Below, one piece after another: positions 1 through 11,070 of a stretch of DNA of 64,000 bases. This DNA is from Nitrospirota bacterium. GTDB taxonomy: Bacteria; Nitrospirota; Nitrospiria; Nitrospirales; Nitrospiraceae. Numbering within the stretch: position 1 is the stretch's first letter; each line of letters begins with the position of its first letter. A model generated the notes under the pieces. The model was not told the origin of the DNA and searched no databases. It worked only from the letters and a program-made list of their open reading frames with translations. Position numbers and translations under genes: made by a program. The stretch lies in assembly GCA_963701855.1 (NCBI GenBank), contig CAVPBK010000006.1:992001-1056000 (forward strand), written 5' to 3'.

Positions 1-1479
1 GGCGATCACATACTGGCGAAGGCTGTAATTTTAACATCAGGCACATTCCTTAAGGGACTTATCCATATTGGCTTGAATCATTTTCCTGCGGGACGAGCCG
101 GAGAGGCGTCCGCCGAGCACCTATCCGATTGTATGCGCGATCTGGGGTTCGAAGTGGGCCGGCTCAAAACCGGCACACCTCCTCGCTTGGATGGAACGAC
201 TATCGATTTTTCCGTGATGATGCCGCAGCCTGGCGATGATCCACCGCCGCCATTTTCGTATCGGACCTGCCGAATTGAGAACCGGCAACTCCCCTGTCAT
301 TTGACCCATACCAACCACGCGACGCACGAGTTGATCCAGCGCAATCTGGATCGGTCGCCGCTCTACAGTGGGATAATTGAGTCAGTGGGGCCGCGGTATT
401 GTCCGTCGATCGAAGATAAAGTCGTACGCTTTGCGGATAAAGAACGGCATCAAATCTTTATCGAGCCTGAAGGGTTAGATAGTCGAGAATTTTATCCCAA
501 CGGGATATCCACCAGCCTGCCAGTTGATGTACAGGCCGCGATGCTAAAGACGATTCCCGGGTTGGAACAAGCCAACATGCTCAAACCTGGGTACGCGATT
601 GAGTACGATTATTTTCCCCCGCGGCAATTGCATCCGACTCTAGAGACCAAGCTTCTTGACGGTCTATACCATGCGGGACAGATCAATGGGACATCTGGAT
701 ATGAAGAAGCCGCCGCGCAGGGTCTGATGGCTGGGATCAATGCAGTGCTGAGGCTTCGAGGCAAGTTGCCATTAGTACTCGATCGATCGCAGGCTTATAT
801 TGGTGTTTTAATTGATGACCTCATTACAAAAGACGCTCGTGAACCCTACCGCATGTTTACATCGAGGGCAGAATACCGCCTATTATTACGTCATGGAAAT
901 GCCGATCTTCGGCTAACTGATGTTGGGCGGCAGGTTGGATTGATTTGCGATGAAATCTATGAAAAGTTTAAGTTTAAACAGAAAGCAATTGAATCTGAGC
1001 TCGTGCGCCTCGAAGAGATTCGACCAAAACTCACGGAAGCTGTTCGTGAACGCCTAATTAAGATTCAGATTGAGGAAGTCTCGGGGCCTTGCACCGTAGC
1101 TCAACTTTTGCGGCGTCAAGGGACGAGCTATAAAGCTCTATTGGATGCACTTGGGGTTAGCGCATTGCAAGACATTGAAACTGCAGATGAAGTAGAGATT
1201 CAAGTCAAATACGCAGGTTATATCAAGCGCCAACTTCAACAGATAGGCCGATTCAAAAAACTTGAAACGAAGCCCATTCCAGTAGCTTTCAGTTATGATG
1301 GGACTCTTGGTTTTTCGCGAGAAGTCTGTGAAAAATTAAAAAAGGTTCGCCCTGCGTCTATTGGCCAGGCATCGAGAATTTCAGGCGTCACACCAGCAGC
1401 CATTTCGCTTCTCCTTGTAGCGCTCGAAAAGTACAAGGACGAATCAAGCCGTGATAACCTTCAACAAGTTTCATCCTAG
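1..1479 (+). CDS. mnmG: tRNA uridine-5-carboxymethylaminomethyl modification enzyme MnmG/GidA, 5' end outside window
   Basis: Frame open from base 1; motifs [51 protein letters not shown]. Confidence 0.97.
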   Translation, partial: GDHILAKAVILTSGTFLKGLIHIGLNHFPAGRAGEASAEHLSDCMRDLGFEVGRLKTGTPPRLDGTTIDFSVMMPQPGDDPPPPFSYRTCRIENRQLPCHLTHTNHATHELIQRNLDRSPLYSGIIESVGPRYCPSIEDKVVRFADKERHQIFIEPEGLDSREFYPNGISTSLPVDVQAAMLKTIPGLEQANMLKPGYAIEYDYFPPRQLHPTLETKLLDGLYHAGQINGTSGYEEAAAQGLMAGINAVLRLRGKLPLVLDRSQAYIGVLIDDLITKDAREPYRMFTSRAEYRLLLRHGNADLRLTDVGRQVGLICDEIYEKFKFKQKAIESELVRLEEIRPKLTEAVRERLIKIQIEEVSGPCTVAQLLRRQGTSYKALLDALGVSALQDIETADEVEIQVKYAGYIKRQLQQIGRFKKLETKPIPVAFSYDGTLGFSREVCEKLKKVRPASIGQASRISGVTPAAISLLLVALEKYKDESSRDNLQQVSS

Positions 1480-1545
1480 ACAAGCAAGCGCAGAAACTTC
1501 CTTTCCGTTCAGGAATGTCTTGACCTCATCTGCTGATTCACGTAA

Positions 1546-2226
1546 TTGTTCCACGTGGAACATGAATCAGAATTGCGGGAATTCATGGTTAGCTCTGCAA
1601 GTGAACTTGGGCTAACAATCGGAGAAATCCATGTGGAGCAGTTCATGCGCTATCTTACTCATCTCATTGAGTGGAATAAGGCGATTAATCTCACAGCGAT
1701 CATTAATCCCAAGGAAATCATCATCAAACACTTCGTTGACTCACTCGGTGCGCTTATCGCGACAAGCTTTCCGAAAAATGGCGTAGTCCTCGATGTAGGG
1801 TCTGGGGGAGGGTTTCCTGGTATCCCTCTTAAAATAGTAAGATCTGACATGCGCCTGATCCTAGTAGAGCCAGTTCAGAAAAAATGCTCCTTCCTTAACT
1901 CAGTAATCGGCCTGTTAAAACTTCATGATGTATCTACTTTTGATGGCACCATCGAACAATATGCCAAATGGCCGCTCCGCCATGTCATTGATACGGTTGT
2001 GGTAAGGGCCTTGAAATATGAAGAAATAAGGAAATACATTCGTGAATTGTTGATTTCAAATGGAAAAATAGTCTTGTATCGAACAGGGGCCATCAAAAAA
2101 CAAGAAATTGGAGAAGAGTTTCAAATTGTAAACGAAACAGCCATTACCCTCCCGCAGGGGTATGGCAAGAGGATTTTCTCGGTGATTGAGAGAAGAAATT
2201 TTAAAAATAATCAATTGCAAATGTGA
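1546..2226 (+). CDS. rsmG: 16S rRNA m7G527 methyltransferase RsmG/GidB (true start probably 1555 or 1585)
   Basis: WNKAINLTAI, KHFVDSL, LDVGSGGGFPGIPL; follows mnmG. N-terminal FHVEH is the translated parS. Confidence 0.95.
   Translation: MFHVEHESELREFMVSSASELGLTIGEIHVEQFMRYLTHLIEWNKAINLTAIINPKEIIIKHFVDSLGALIATSFPKNGVVLDVGSGGGFPGIPLKIVRSDMRLILVEPVQKKCSFLNSVIGLLKLHDVSTFDGTIEQYAKWPLRHVIDTVVVRALKYEEIRKYIRELLISNGKIVLYRTGAIKKQEIGEEFQIVNETAITLPQGYGKRIFSVIERRNFKNNQLQM
1547..1562. promoter_or_regulatory. parS centromere site
   Basis: Perfect palindrome TGTTCCACGTGGAACA matching the consensus parS, near parAB. Confidence 0.95.
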
Positions 2227-2227
2227 A

Positions 2228-2243
2228 TGTTCCACGTGGAACA
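2228..2243. promoter_or_regulatory. parS centromere site
   Basis: Second perfect TGTTCCACGTGGAACA (palindrome extends 2226-2245), directly upstream of parA. Confidence 0.95.
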
Positions 2244-2285
2244 TTGTTAATGAACGCGTGAATGAATGATTAATTCAACCTTTAT

Positions 2286-3062
2286 ATGGCAAAGATTGTA
2301 GCGATTGCAAATCAGAAGGGTGGTGTGGGAAAGACTACAACCGCCGTGAATCTTTCCGCTGGTGTCGCACTCCTTGGTAAGCGCGTCTTGCTTGTGGATA
2401 TTGATCCGCAAGGAAACGCCACGAGCGGATTAGGAGTTGACCCCCGTTCCTTACAGACTACCGTATATAACTGCCTAATTAATTATGTGAAATTTCATGA
2501 CGCTGTGCAAGTCACAGAAGTGAACGGTTTGTCGCTTTTGCCGGCAAATGCTGATTTGTCTGGGGCAGAAATCGAGCTAGTGAACGTTGAAGAGCGGGAA
2601 AAATTGCTTCGGAATTTCTTGCGAGATGTTGATCAGTTATTCGACGTGATTTTTCTCGACTGTCCTCCTACCTTGGGGATTCTGACGGTGAATGCACTCG
2701 TTGCAGCTCGCAGCGTTTTAGTCCCGGTTCAATGTGAATACTATGCCATGGAAGGGTTAAGTCGGTTGGTTGGAAACATCGATCGAGTTCGTCAGTCATT
2801 TAATCCCGAGCTCCAATTGGAAGGGATCGTCTTGACAATGTTCGACGCACGGAATACGTTGGCACGTCAAGTTGCAGAGCAAGTTCGCGAGCATTTCAAA
2901 GAGGTCGTCTACAGCACCGTAATCCCCCGCAATGTCACACTGGCGGAGGCTCCAAGTTACGGACGTCCGGCCATGTTATATAACGTCGCATCAGCAGGAT
3001 CTCAGGCCTATTTGTCCTTAGCCAAGGAGTTTGTGAGCCATGGAGAAAAAAGCGCTCGGTAG
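2286..3062 (+). CDS. parA: Chromosome partitioning ATPase ParA/Soj
   Basis: Deviant Walker A NQKGGVGKTT, DIDPQGNAT, DCPP, IPRNVTLAEAPS. Confidence 0.97.
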   Translation: MAKIVAIANQKGGVGKTTTAVNLSAGVALLGKRVLLVDIDPQGNATSGLGVDPRSLQTTVYNCLINYVKFHDAVQVTEVNGLSLLPANADLSGAEIELVNVEEREKLLRNFLRDVDQLFDVIFLDCPPTLGILTVNALVAARSVLVPVQCEYYAMEGLSRLVGNIDRVRQSFNPELQLEGIVLTMFDARNTLARQVAEQVREHFKEVVYSTVIPRNVTLAEAPSYGRPAMLYNVASAGSQAYLSLAKEFVSHGEKSAR

Positions 3063-3888
3063 AGGACTCGACGCATTGCTGCCTGCAATCAAACCCGTGC
3101 CGATGCCGGAGCTGCCTGAAGTCCAACTTCTGCGGGTCGATGCCATCGTGCCGAATCGGTATCAGCCGAGACAAACATTCTCTCCTCATGAGCTGGCAGA
3201 ACTTACAGCCTCATTGAAGCAAAATGGATTGCTGCAGCCAATATTAGTTCGCCGCAAAGGCGACGGAATCTACGAACTCATCTCCGGTGAACGGCGTTGG
3301 CGCGCGTCAAAAGAGGCGGGACTGGAAACGATTCAAGCCGTCATTCGTAATTGCGGAGACGAAGAGTCTGTCGTCCTGGCACTGATAGAAAATCTTCAAC
3401 GCGAAGATCTTAATCCAATGGAAATGGCTAGGGCCTATCATCGGATGATGAACGAATTTGGACTCACTCAGGACATAATTGCGCGACGAGTTGACTGCGA
3501 TCGGTCGTCGATTGCCAATATTGTACGTCTTATCAATCTTCCTCTAGAGATCCAACAGCTCATTGAAACCGATAAAATCTCTATGGGACATGCAAAAGTA
3601 ATTCTCGGTCTTCCTGACCAGAATAACCAGCTTAGAGTCGCCCAGCTGGTGGTCTCAAAAGCCTTATCGGTGAGAGAGACGGAAAAACTCTTAGAATCAT
3701 CACCAGCCGCAAAGAGGCGAGGGGCAAAGGAATTACGACGAACACCATGGTCTGATGTTGAAGAACGATTGCAAAAACGATTCGGCACCAAAGTCGTGAT
3801 CCAAAAAGGAAGACGGGGAGGAAAAATCGTCATTCATTTTTTTTCTTCGCCCGAACTCGATGGAATTCTCGAGACGCTTCTTAACTAA
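3040..3888 (+). CDS. parB: Chromosome partitioning protein ParB/Spo0J
   Basis: LGRGLDALL, NRYQPR, GERRWRA, IENLQREDL. Confidence 0.97.
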   Translation: MEKKALGRGLDALLPAIKPVPMPELPEVQLLRVDAIVPNRYQPRQTFSPHELAELTASLKQNGLLQPILVRRKGDGIYELISGERRWRASKEAGLETIQAVIRNCGDEESVVLALIENLQREDLNPMEMARAYHRMMNEFGLTQDIIARRVDCDRSSIANIVRLINLPLEIQQLIETDKISMGHAKVILGLPDQNNQLRVAQLVVSKALSVRETEKLLESSPAAKRRGAKELRRTPWSDVEERLQKRFGTKVVIQKGRRGGKIVIHFFSSPELDGILETLLN

Positions 3889-4046
3889 TCCGGACCATAC
3901 CCCTGTCTCCCAGACATCATAAGAGGTGGAGGTATACTTGTTGCTTCTACGTATTCGTAACCATGCTCCTTCTGATCGATTACTTTCCATAACCGCATCA
4001 CAACTGCGATGAAATAGTGGAATTGCCGACTCAAGGAGACACATTC

Positions 4047-4541
4047 ATGTGGGGGCAGGAAAAAAAAGAAGAGATGAACTCACCCGAGCAGGGAGGCGAA
4101 AAGGTGACCATAGTCGCTGCCAGCTCAATTGCCGACGGGGCCGGAGATATTAACGCCTTTGTGGGAAAGGGCGTTGAGTTCAAAGGCACGATCTCCTATA
4201 GTGGAACGGTAAGAATCGATGGATATCTCGACGGAGAAATTCATACTGATGGCATGCTAATCGTCGGTGAAGATGCTATCATCCAGGCAAAAATCACCGC
4301 TGGGACGATTGTGTCTAAAGGAAAGATCACCGGGGAAGTCGTTGCAAAAGAGTGCATCAAGCTCCGAGCCCCGGCCGTCATGAATGGGAACGTCAAGTCG
4401 CCGGTCCTTTCAATGGAAGATGGGGTTCTGTTCAATGGTGCACTTGAAATGGCTCACGGCGTGCGTGAGCTCCCTCGAGACACCTCTCTACATCCCGTCG
4501 GATTGATCATGCCCCCTGGCATTAAACGAGCCAATGGTTAG
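4047..4541 (+). CDS. Bactofilin (polymer-forming cytoskeletal protein)
   Basis: GKGVEFKGTISYSGTVRIDG...G beta-helix repeats; AAGGAG RBS before ATG 4047. Confidence 0.9.
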   Translation: MWGQEKKEEMNSPEQGGEKVTIVAASSIADGAGDINAFVGKGVEFKGTISYSGTVRIDGYLDGEIHTDGMLIVGEDAIIQAKITAGTIVSKGKITGEVVAKECIKLRAPAVMNGNVKSPVLSMEDGVLFNGALEMAHGVRELPRDTSLHPVGLIMPPGIKRANG

Positions 4542-4616
4542 GGGAAAATATTAACATTTAGGTATTTATCCTGCACATTGTTGATGCGGGAGGATATTTT
4601 TAGGGGGGGGGCGACC

Positions 4617-5042
4617 ATGTGGGCAACGAAAGACCGGGGCCATCAAGCCGAACAGAGCAGCGATAATATTACGCTCCTGGGGAAGGGTGTGGACTTCAAG
4701 GGCGTCGTGAGTTTTGATGGCACCGTCCGGATTGATGGACACGTTGATGGCGAGATATATATAACCGGAACGTTAATTGTTGGAGAGCACGCCGTGATCG
4801 AGGGCATCGTGTCAGCTGGTGTGCTTATGAATAGCGGCAAGATCAATGGTACCATCACTGCCATTGAAAAGATTCATATTCTTAAGCCCGGAGTTCTTGT
4901 CGGCGATATCCGAACCCCAGTCATTGCGATCGAAGAAGGCTCTCGCTTCCATGGCATGTGTGACATGGGTGCGCATCATTGGAGCGGCGAACGCGCCCTC
5001 TCGGTCAACGTGGCTCCAAGCCTTGTTGCATCCGCCCATTAG
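4617..5042 (+). CDS. Bactofilin paralog
   Basis: GKGVDFKGVVSFDGTVRIDG...IEEGSRFHGMC; paralog of the preceding gene. Confidence 0.9.
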   Translation: MWATKDRGHQAEQSSDNITLLGKGVDFKGVVSFDGTVRIDGHVDGEIYITGTLIVGEHAVIEGIVSAGVLMNSGKINGTITAIEKIHILKPGVLVGDIRTPVIAIEEGSRFHGMCDMGAHHWSGERALSVNVAPSLVASAH

Positions 5043-5098
5043 CTGCAGGGAACAACCCTCTAGCCCTTTTCCTGTCTCCTCAGTACAATAGCGACTAT

Positions 5099-6181
5099 AT
5101 GGTTCGCCCTACAGTTCTCCTTGGCATGAGCGGTGGAGTGGATAGCTCTGTCGCCGCAGCGCTCCTGGTTCGCCAGGGTTACGACGTTCATGGCGTCACG
5201 CTTCAGGTCTGGGAGCATGAAGACGAAACAGTCGCGGTCTCTAAGCGCTGGGAAGAACGTGGCTGCTGTAAAGTCGGTATTGCTCGGTACGTCGCGCAGA
5301 CTTTGAGAATTCCGCATGAGGTGATCGACACCAGAGAGACCTTTCGTGCCGGCGTGATCGACGATTTTGTTGCCGGCTACCTCGAAGGCACAACGCCCAA
5401 CCCCTGTGTCCGATGCAATGAGCGCGTCAAACTTCGGAGTCTCTTAGAGCTTGCCGATGCACGGAGGGTCGATTTTGTCGCCACTGGCCACTATGCTCGC
5501 CTCGGGGAATCCGATGGGCTGCCGACTCTCCAGCGAGCAGCCGATTCCAAGAAAGATCAAAGCTATTTCCTTTATCGGCTTCGTCAGTCATGGCTCAGTC
5601 GCCTTATTTTTCCTGTGGGTGGCATGCAGAAGACGGACGTCTGGATGGAAGCAGAGACCTTGGGCCTTCCCACAGATGAATTGAAGGAAAGCCAAGAAAT
5701 CTGTTTCGTGAGCCACGGCGATTATCGAACCTTTATCGAGAAGGAAGCGCCTGCAGCCAAGAAGCCAGGGGCCTTTGTGGACGATGAAGGACGATATTTA
5801 GGTAACCATGATGGGGTTGCCTTTTATACGCCAGGCCAACGACGAGGCCTCGGCATATCGGCTGGCCGCAGACTCTATGTTCAACAAGTACAGCCTGCGA
5901 CCAATACTGTCGTCCTTGGAGCAGAAGAATCTCTGCGTCGCGGTCAATGCGATGTCGCGGATCTAAATCTCTTTGATTCCTCGCTGCTTAGTGGATCAAC
6001 GGACGTCGAGGTTAAAGTCCGGCATGCAACACCTGCCACGCCTGCGACCGTCCAATCTCGCTCAGACGGTACTCTCCATATTGTCTTTGGTGAGCCACAA
6101 CGCGCATTAAGCCCGGGACAATCGGCCGTTTTCTATCGAAACGACCGCGTGCTGGGCGGCGGCATCATCCAATCACTCTAA
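5099..6181 (+). CDS. mnmA: tRNA-specific 2-thiouridylase MnmA
   Basis: MSGGVDSS, TPNPCVRCN, ATGHY, KDQSYFL, YTPGQRRGL, PGQSAVFY. Confidence 0.96.
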   Translation: MVRPTVLLGMSGGVDSSVAAALLVRQGYDVHGVTLQVWEHEDETVAVSKRWEERGCCKVGIARYVAQTLRIPHEVIDTRETFRAGVIDDFVAGYLEGTTPNPCVRCNERVKLRSLLELADARRVDFVATGHYARLGESDGLPTLQRAADSKKDQSYFLYRLRQSWLSRLIFPVGGMQKTDVWMEAETLGLPTDELKESQEICFVSHGDYRTFIEKEAPAAKKPGAFVDDEGRYLGNHDGVAFYTPGQRRGLGISAGRRLYVQQVQPATNTVVLGAEESLRRGQCDVADLNLFDSSLLSGSTDVEVKVRHATPATPATVQSRSDGTLHIVFGEPQRALSPGQSAVFYRNDRVLGGGIIQSL

Positions 6182-6182
6182 C

Positions 6183-6303
6183 AGGATACTGAAAAAGTCA
6201 CTCTTCTCACCCGCTCGGCCCCTGCGCGCCGAGACGTGCCTTTTCCCATGCGGCATTCCCACTTCGCTCAGAGGCCTTGCTGGACGACATTTTTGAGCAT
6301 CCT
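6183..6303. repeat. MITE/REP-like intergenic element with terminal inverted repeats
   Basis: Left AGGATACTGAAAAAGTC vs reverse complement of right end AGGATGCTCAAAAATGTC; ~120 bp, non-coding. Confidence 0.65.
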
Positions 6304-6417
6304 ACGCGATATTTTTCTATTACTTTTTATTACCTTCAACGTGTGGACCATTAAGTTTCTACCGTACCACTATAGTTTGTTCAGACTCCTAGTTTCGTCA
6401 TCATCCACACCGTCATA

Positions 6418-6447
6418 TTGACAGCCCTCCTCCGCCAATGCTAGCTT
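6418..6447 (+). promoter_or_regulatory. Putative sigma70 promoter of the F1 atp operon
   Basis: TTGACA-N18-TAGCTT with extended -10 TG, ~70 bp before atpH. Confidence 0.6.
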
Positions 6448-6519
6448 GTCGCGCCGCTTTTCGTGCGAGCCACGAAGGCTTCTATCTTTGTCAAAATAAA
6501 GAGTGAACGGACCTCTATA

Positions 6520-7059
6520 GTGATTAAGAAAGCAGTGGCGCGACGTTATGCACAGGCATTATTCGAGCTACTCGACCAAACCACCATTGAACAAACCCGC
6601 GTGGCCTTAACGGGGTTGGGTCAAGCGATCAAGGATTCGGTCGCATTGCGCCATGTTGTGGCCTCACCGGTTTTTGGCGTCGAAGACAAAATTGCCGTCC
6701 TTGCAGAACTCGGTTCACGTTTGGGGTGCCCCCCAGTCGGAAAAACATTTCTCGAACAGTTAGTGAAGAAAAATCGCGTCGGCTTTCTCCCTGAAATCGC
6801 CGAGGCCTTCGCGAAACTTGCCGACGCGTCGAAAGGCACCCAGCAAGTCACCGTATTCTCCGCGATTGCCATACCTCAGGACGAACAAGGTCAAATCAGC
6901 AATCGCTTGCGCACAATACTCAAGCGCCAAGTCGATGTCACCTTTCACACGGATGCCCGCTATCTCGCCGGCATGCAGATCCGTCTCGGCAACACCGTGG
7001 TCGATAGCACCGTGCTGGGGCGGCTACAAGCAATGCGGAGTTTGTTGACTAAGGAGTAG
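6520..7059 (+). CDS. atpH: ATP synthase F1 subunit delta
   Basis: [11 protein letters not shown]-terminus, [15 protein letters not shown]-terminus, upstream of atpA. Confidence 0.93.
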   Translation: MIKKAVARRYAQALFELLDQTTIEQTRVALTGLGQAIKDSVALRHVVASPVFGVEDKIAVLAELGSRLGCPPVGKTFLEQLVKKNRVGFLPEIAEAFAKLADASKGTQQVTVFSAIAIPQDEQGQISNRLRTILKRQVDVTFHTDARYLAGMQIRLGNTVVDSTVLGRLQAMRSLLTKE

Positions 7060-7061
7060 CT

Positions 7062-8579
7062 ATGCAGATCAAGGCAGAAGAAATCAGTTCGATTATCAAA
7101 GAGAAAATCAAAGGCTTCGACAAACAAGTCGATGTCAAGGAAACGGGTTCGGTCATTCAGGTTGGAGACGGCATTGCCAAAGTCTATGGTCTTGACGGCG
7201 CAATGGCCGGCGAAATGCTCGAATTCCCCGGCGGTCTCTACGGGATCGCGCTGAATCTTGAAGAAGACAATGTCGGCGCCGTACTCATGGGCGATGATGT
7301 CGGAGTCAAGGAAGGCGATCCGGTCAAGCGCACGGGACGTATTGCGGAGATTCCGGTCGGCGAAGCATTGCTCGGTCGTGTGGTGAACGCGATTGGGCAA
7401 CCTATCGATGGAAAGGGCCCGATCAAATCGTCGCTCTCGTCCCGCATAGAAGTCACTGCACCAGGGGTGAATACACGTCAGTCGGTGCGCGAACCCCTGC
7501 AAACGGGTATCAAGGCCATCGACGCCATGATTCCCATTGGCCGCGGGCAGCGTGAGTTGATTATCGGCGACCGGCAGACCGGCAAAACCGCCATTGCCGT
7601 CGATACGATTATCAACCAAAAGGGCCTCAACGTCTTTTGTATCTATGTCGCCATCGGCCAGAAACGGTCAACCGTGGCACGAGTCGTCAAAACTCTCGAA
7701 GAGACCCACGCGATGGATTACAGCATCGTGGTGGCGGCCACCGCGAGCGATGCGGCTCCCATGCAGTACCTTGCGCCTTTCTCCGGTGCAGCCATCGGCG
7801 AGTACTTCCGGGATAACGGCAAACATGCGTTGATCGTTTATGACGATCTCTCCAAGCACGCCGTGGCCTATCGTCAGTTATCGTTGTTGCTACGTCGCCC
7901 TCCAGGCCGCGAAGCTTATCCGGGCGACGTGTTCTATCTGCACTCCCGGTTGTTGGAGCGTGCAGCCAAACTCAGCGACAAACTCGGCGGTGGAAGCCTC
8001 ACGGCACTGCCGATCATTGAAACACAAGCCGGTGACGTGTCCGCCTACATTCCGACCAACGTCATTTCGATCACCGACGGGCAGATCTATCTTGCCAGTG
8101 ATCTGTTCTACTCCGGTATTCGTCCCGCGATTAACGTGGGTCTGTCGGTCTCCCGCGTCGGGGGTTCGGCCCAGATCAAAACCATGAAGCAAGTGGCTGG
8201 CACCCTTCGGCTCGACCTCGCGCAGTACCGAGAAATGGCCGCGTTCTCCCAATTCGGCAGCGAGCTCGACAAATCGACACAGAGGCAGCTTGCGCGCGGC
8301 GTTCGAATGGTGGAGTTGCTTAAGCAGGGGCAATACAAACCGATGCCGGTCGCCGATCAAGTGCTGTCGATATACGCAGGTGTCAACGGATACCTGGATG
8401 ATGTACCCGTCGATTCAGTGCTCCAGTTCGAATCCGATCTGCTGCACTACGTCCAGCAGAACCATCCCGAGTTAAAAAAGGAAATCGCGAGCATCGGGAA
8501 AATCGACGACGCGGTCGCCGGAAGAATGAAAGAGATTATCACGACCTTTAAACAAAAGATGGGGTTCGGCGCCAAGTAG
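7062..8579 (+). CDS. atpA: ATP synthase F1 subunit alpha
   Basis: [30 protein letters not shown]. Confidence 0.99.
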   Translation: MQIKAEEISSIIKEKIKGFDKQVDVKETGSVIQVGDGIAKVYGLDGAMAGEMLEFPGGLYGIALNLEEDNVGAVLMGDDVGVKEGDPVKRTGRIAEIPVGEALLGRVVNAIGQPIDGKGPIKSSLSSRIEVTAPGVNTRQSVREPLQTGIKAIDAMIPIGRGQRELIIGDRQTGKTAIAVDTIINQKGLNVFCIYVAIGQKRSTVARVVKTLEETHAMDYSIVVAATASDAAPMQYLAPFSGAAIGEYFRDNGKHALIVYDDLSKHAVAYRQLSLLLRRPPGREAYPGDVFYLHSRLLERAAKLSDKLGGGSLTALPIIETQAGDVSAYIPTNVISITDGQIYLASDLFYSGIRPAINVGLSVSRVGGSAQIKTMKQVAGTLRLDLAQYREMAAFSQFGSELDKSTQRQLARGVRMVELLKQGQYKPMPVADQVLSIYAGVNGYLDDVPVDSVLQFESDLLHYVQQNHPELKKEIASIGKIDDAVAGRMKEIITTFKQKMGFGAK

Positions 8580-8643
8580 CCATCAACGCGGCGACGGTGG
8601 CCTTCGGCTTAGAGTTGAAGACCAATTACCGAACGAAGCAACA

Positions 8644-8881
8644 ATGCCGCGTCTTTAATCGCTACGCCTTGAAATTGCTCGTTTAAGAATAGACAAAATA
8701 TTACCAAGGCCCTGAAGATGGCGGCGGCGGAATATGGCGCCCGGATGGGGCCGGTGGACGGCGCGACGAGGAACGCAGGACAACTGATCAAGAAAGTGAC
8801 CTGCTTTACAACAAGACCCGTCAGACCGCCATTACCAAAGAATTGATGGACATCGTCGGCGGTGCAGAGACGCTACGGTAG
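8644..8881 (+). pseudogene. atpG: Internally deleted, frameshifted ATP synthase gamma subunit relic
   Basis: Reads MPRL*SLRLEIA(fs)FKNRQNITKALKMAAA|EYGARMGPVDGATRNAGQLIKKVT(fs)YNKTRQTAITKELMDIVGGAETLR*, i.e. the N- and C-terminal helices of gamma fused, at the canonical position between atpA and atpD. Confidence 0.92.
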
Positions 8882-8906
8882 ATTGGAAGTTTTGAGCGCT
8901 GAGTAA

Positions 8907-10418
<1,512 letters not shown>

Positions 10419-10526
10419 GCAGCGCGGGTGCTCGCAGACCGCGCATGATGAAACAATGCTCGGTCGATGCGCGCACGTCAGAGCATCCGGCCTGTTTACA
10501 CCTTTTGATGAGCACGTAGGAGAGAT

Positions 10527-10949
10527 ATGGCAGGAAAGATATTATTAGAAGTGGTGACGCCGGAGAAGTTGCTCTTGAGCCAGCAGGTGGATGAGGTCAT
10601 CGCACCAGGCTCAGAGGGTGAGTTCGGCGTGTTGCCGGGACACTGTCATTTCCTTTCTACATTACGCATCGGTGAGCTTCGCTATCGCATTGGCGACCAG
10701 ACCAACCACATGGCGGTCCTCTGGGGCTATGCGGAGGTCACACCAACCAAAGTGACGATCATGGCCGAGATCGCCGAGAAGGCCGAAGATATCGATGTGG
10801 GCCGCGCCCAAGCCGCCGTTGAGAAGGCCGAACAGCGCCTGAAGGCCGGCGGCCTGCCGTCCGAACTCAAAGAAGCTGAAATCAGTCTAGAAAAAGCCCG
10901 CCTCCGCAAGAAGATCGTCAACCGCGCCGGCAAAAACGGCCACGCCTGA
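10527..10949 (+). CDS. atpC: ATP synthase F1 subunit epsilon
   Basis: LEVVTPE, GEFGVLPGH, AEDIDV. Confidence 0.96.
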   Translation: MAGKILLEVVTPEKLLLSQQVDEVIAPGSEGEFGVLPGHCHFLSTLRIGELRYRIGDQTNHMAVLWGYAEVTPTKVTIMAEIAEKAEDIDVGRAQAAVEKAEQRLKAGGLPSELKEAEISLEKARLRKKIVNRAGKNGHA

Positions 10950-11070
10950 TTTTCAAAGCTTTCCACATCTCCACATACACCATGACTGGTCCTTGGTATG
11001 ACCAAGAGGGAAGACCGGTTCTTGGGGCATGCGGAATGATGGAAAACGATCACTCTTGGTAATCCATCGT

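Noticed and set aside
1625..1640. Degenerate third parS-like sequence in rsmG
   Set aside because: Five mismatches and not palindromic
8609..8791. 60-aa minus-strand ORF between atpA and atpD
   Set aside because: Antisense to the atpG relic, which explains the sequence better
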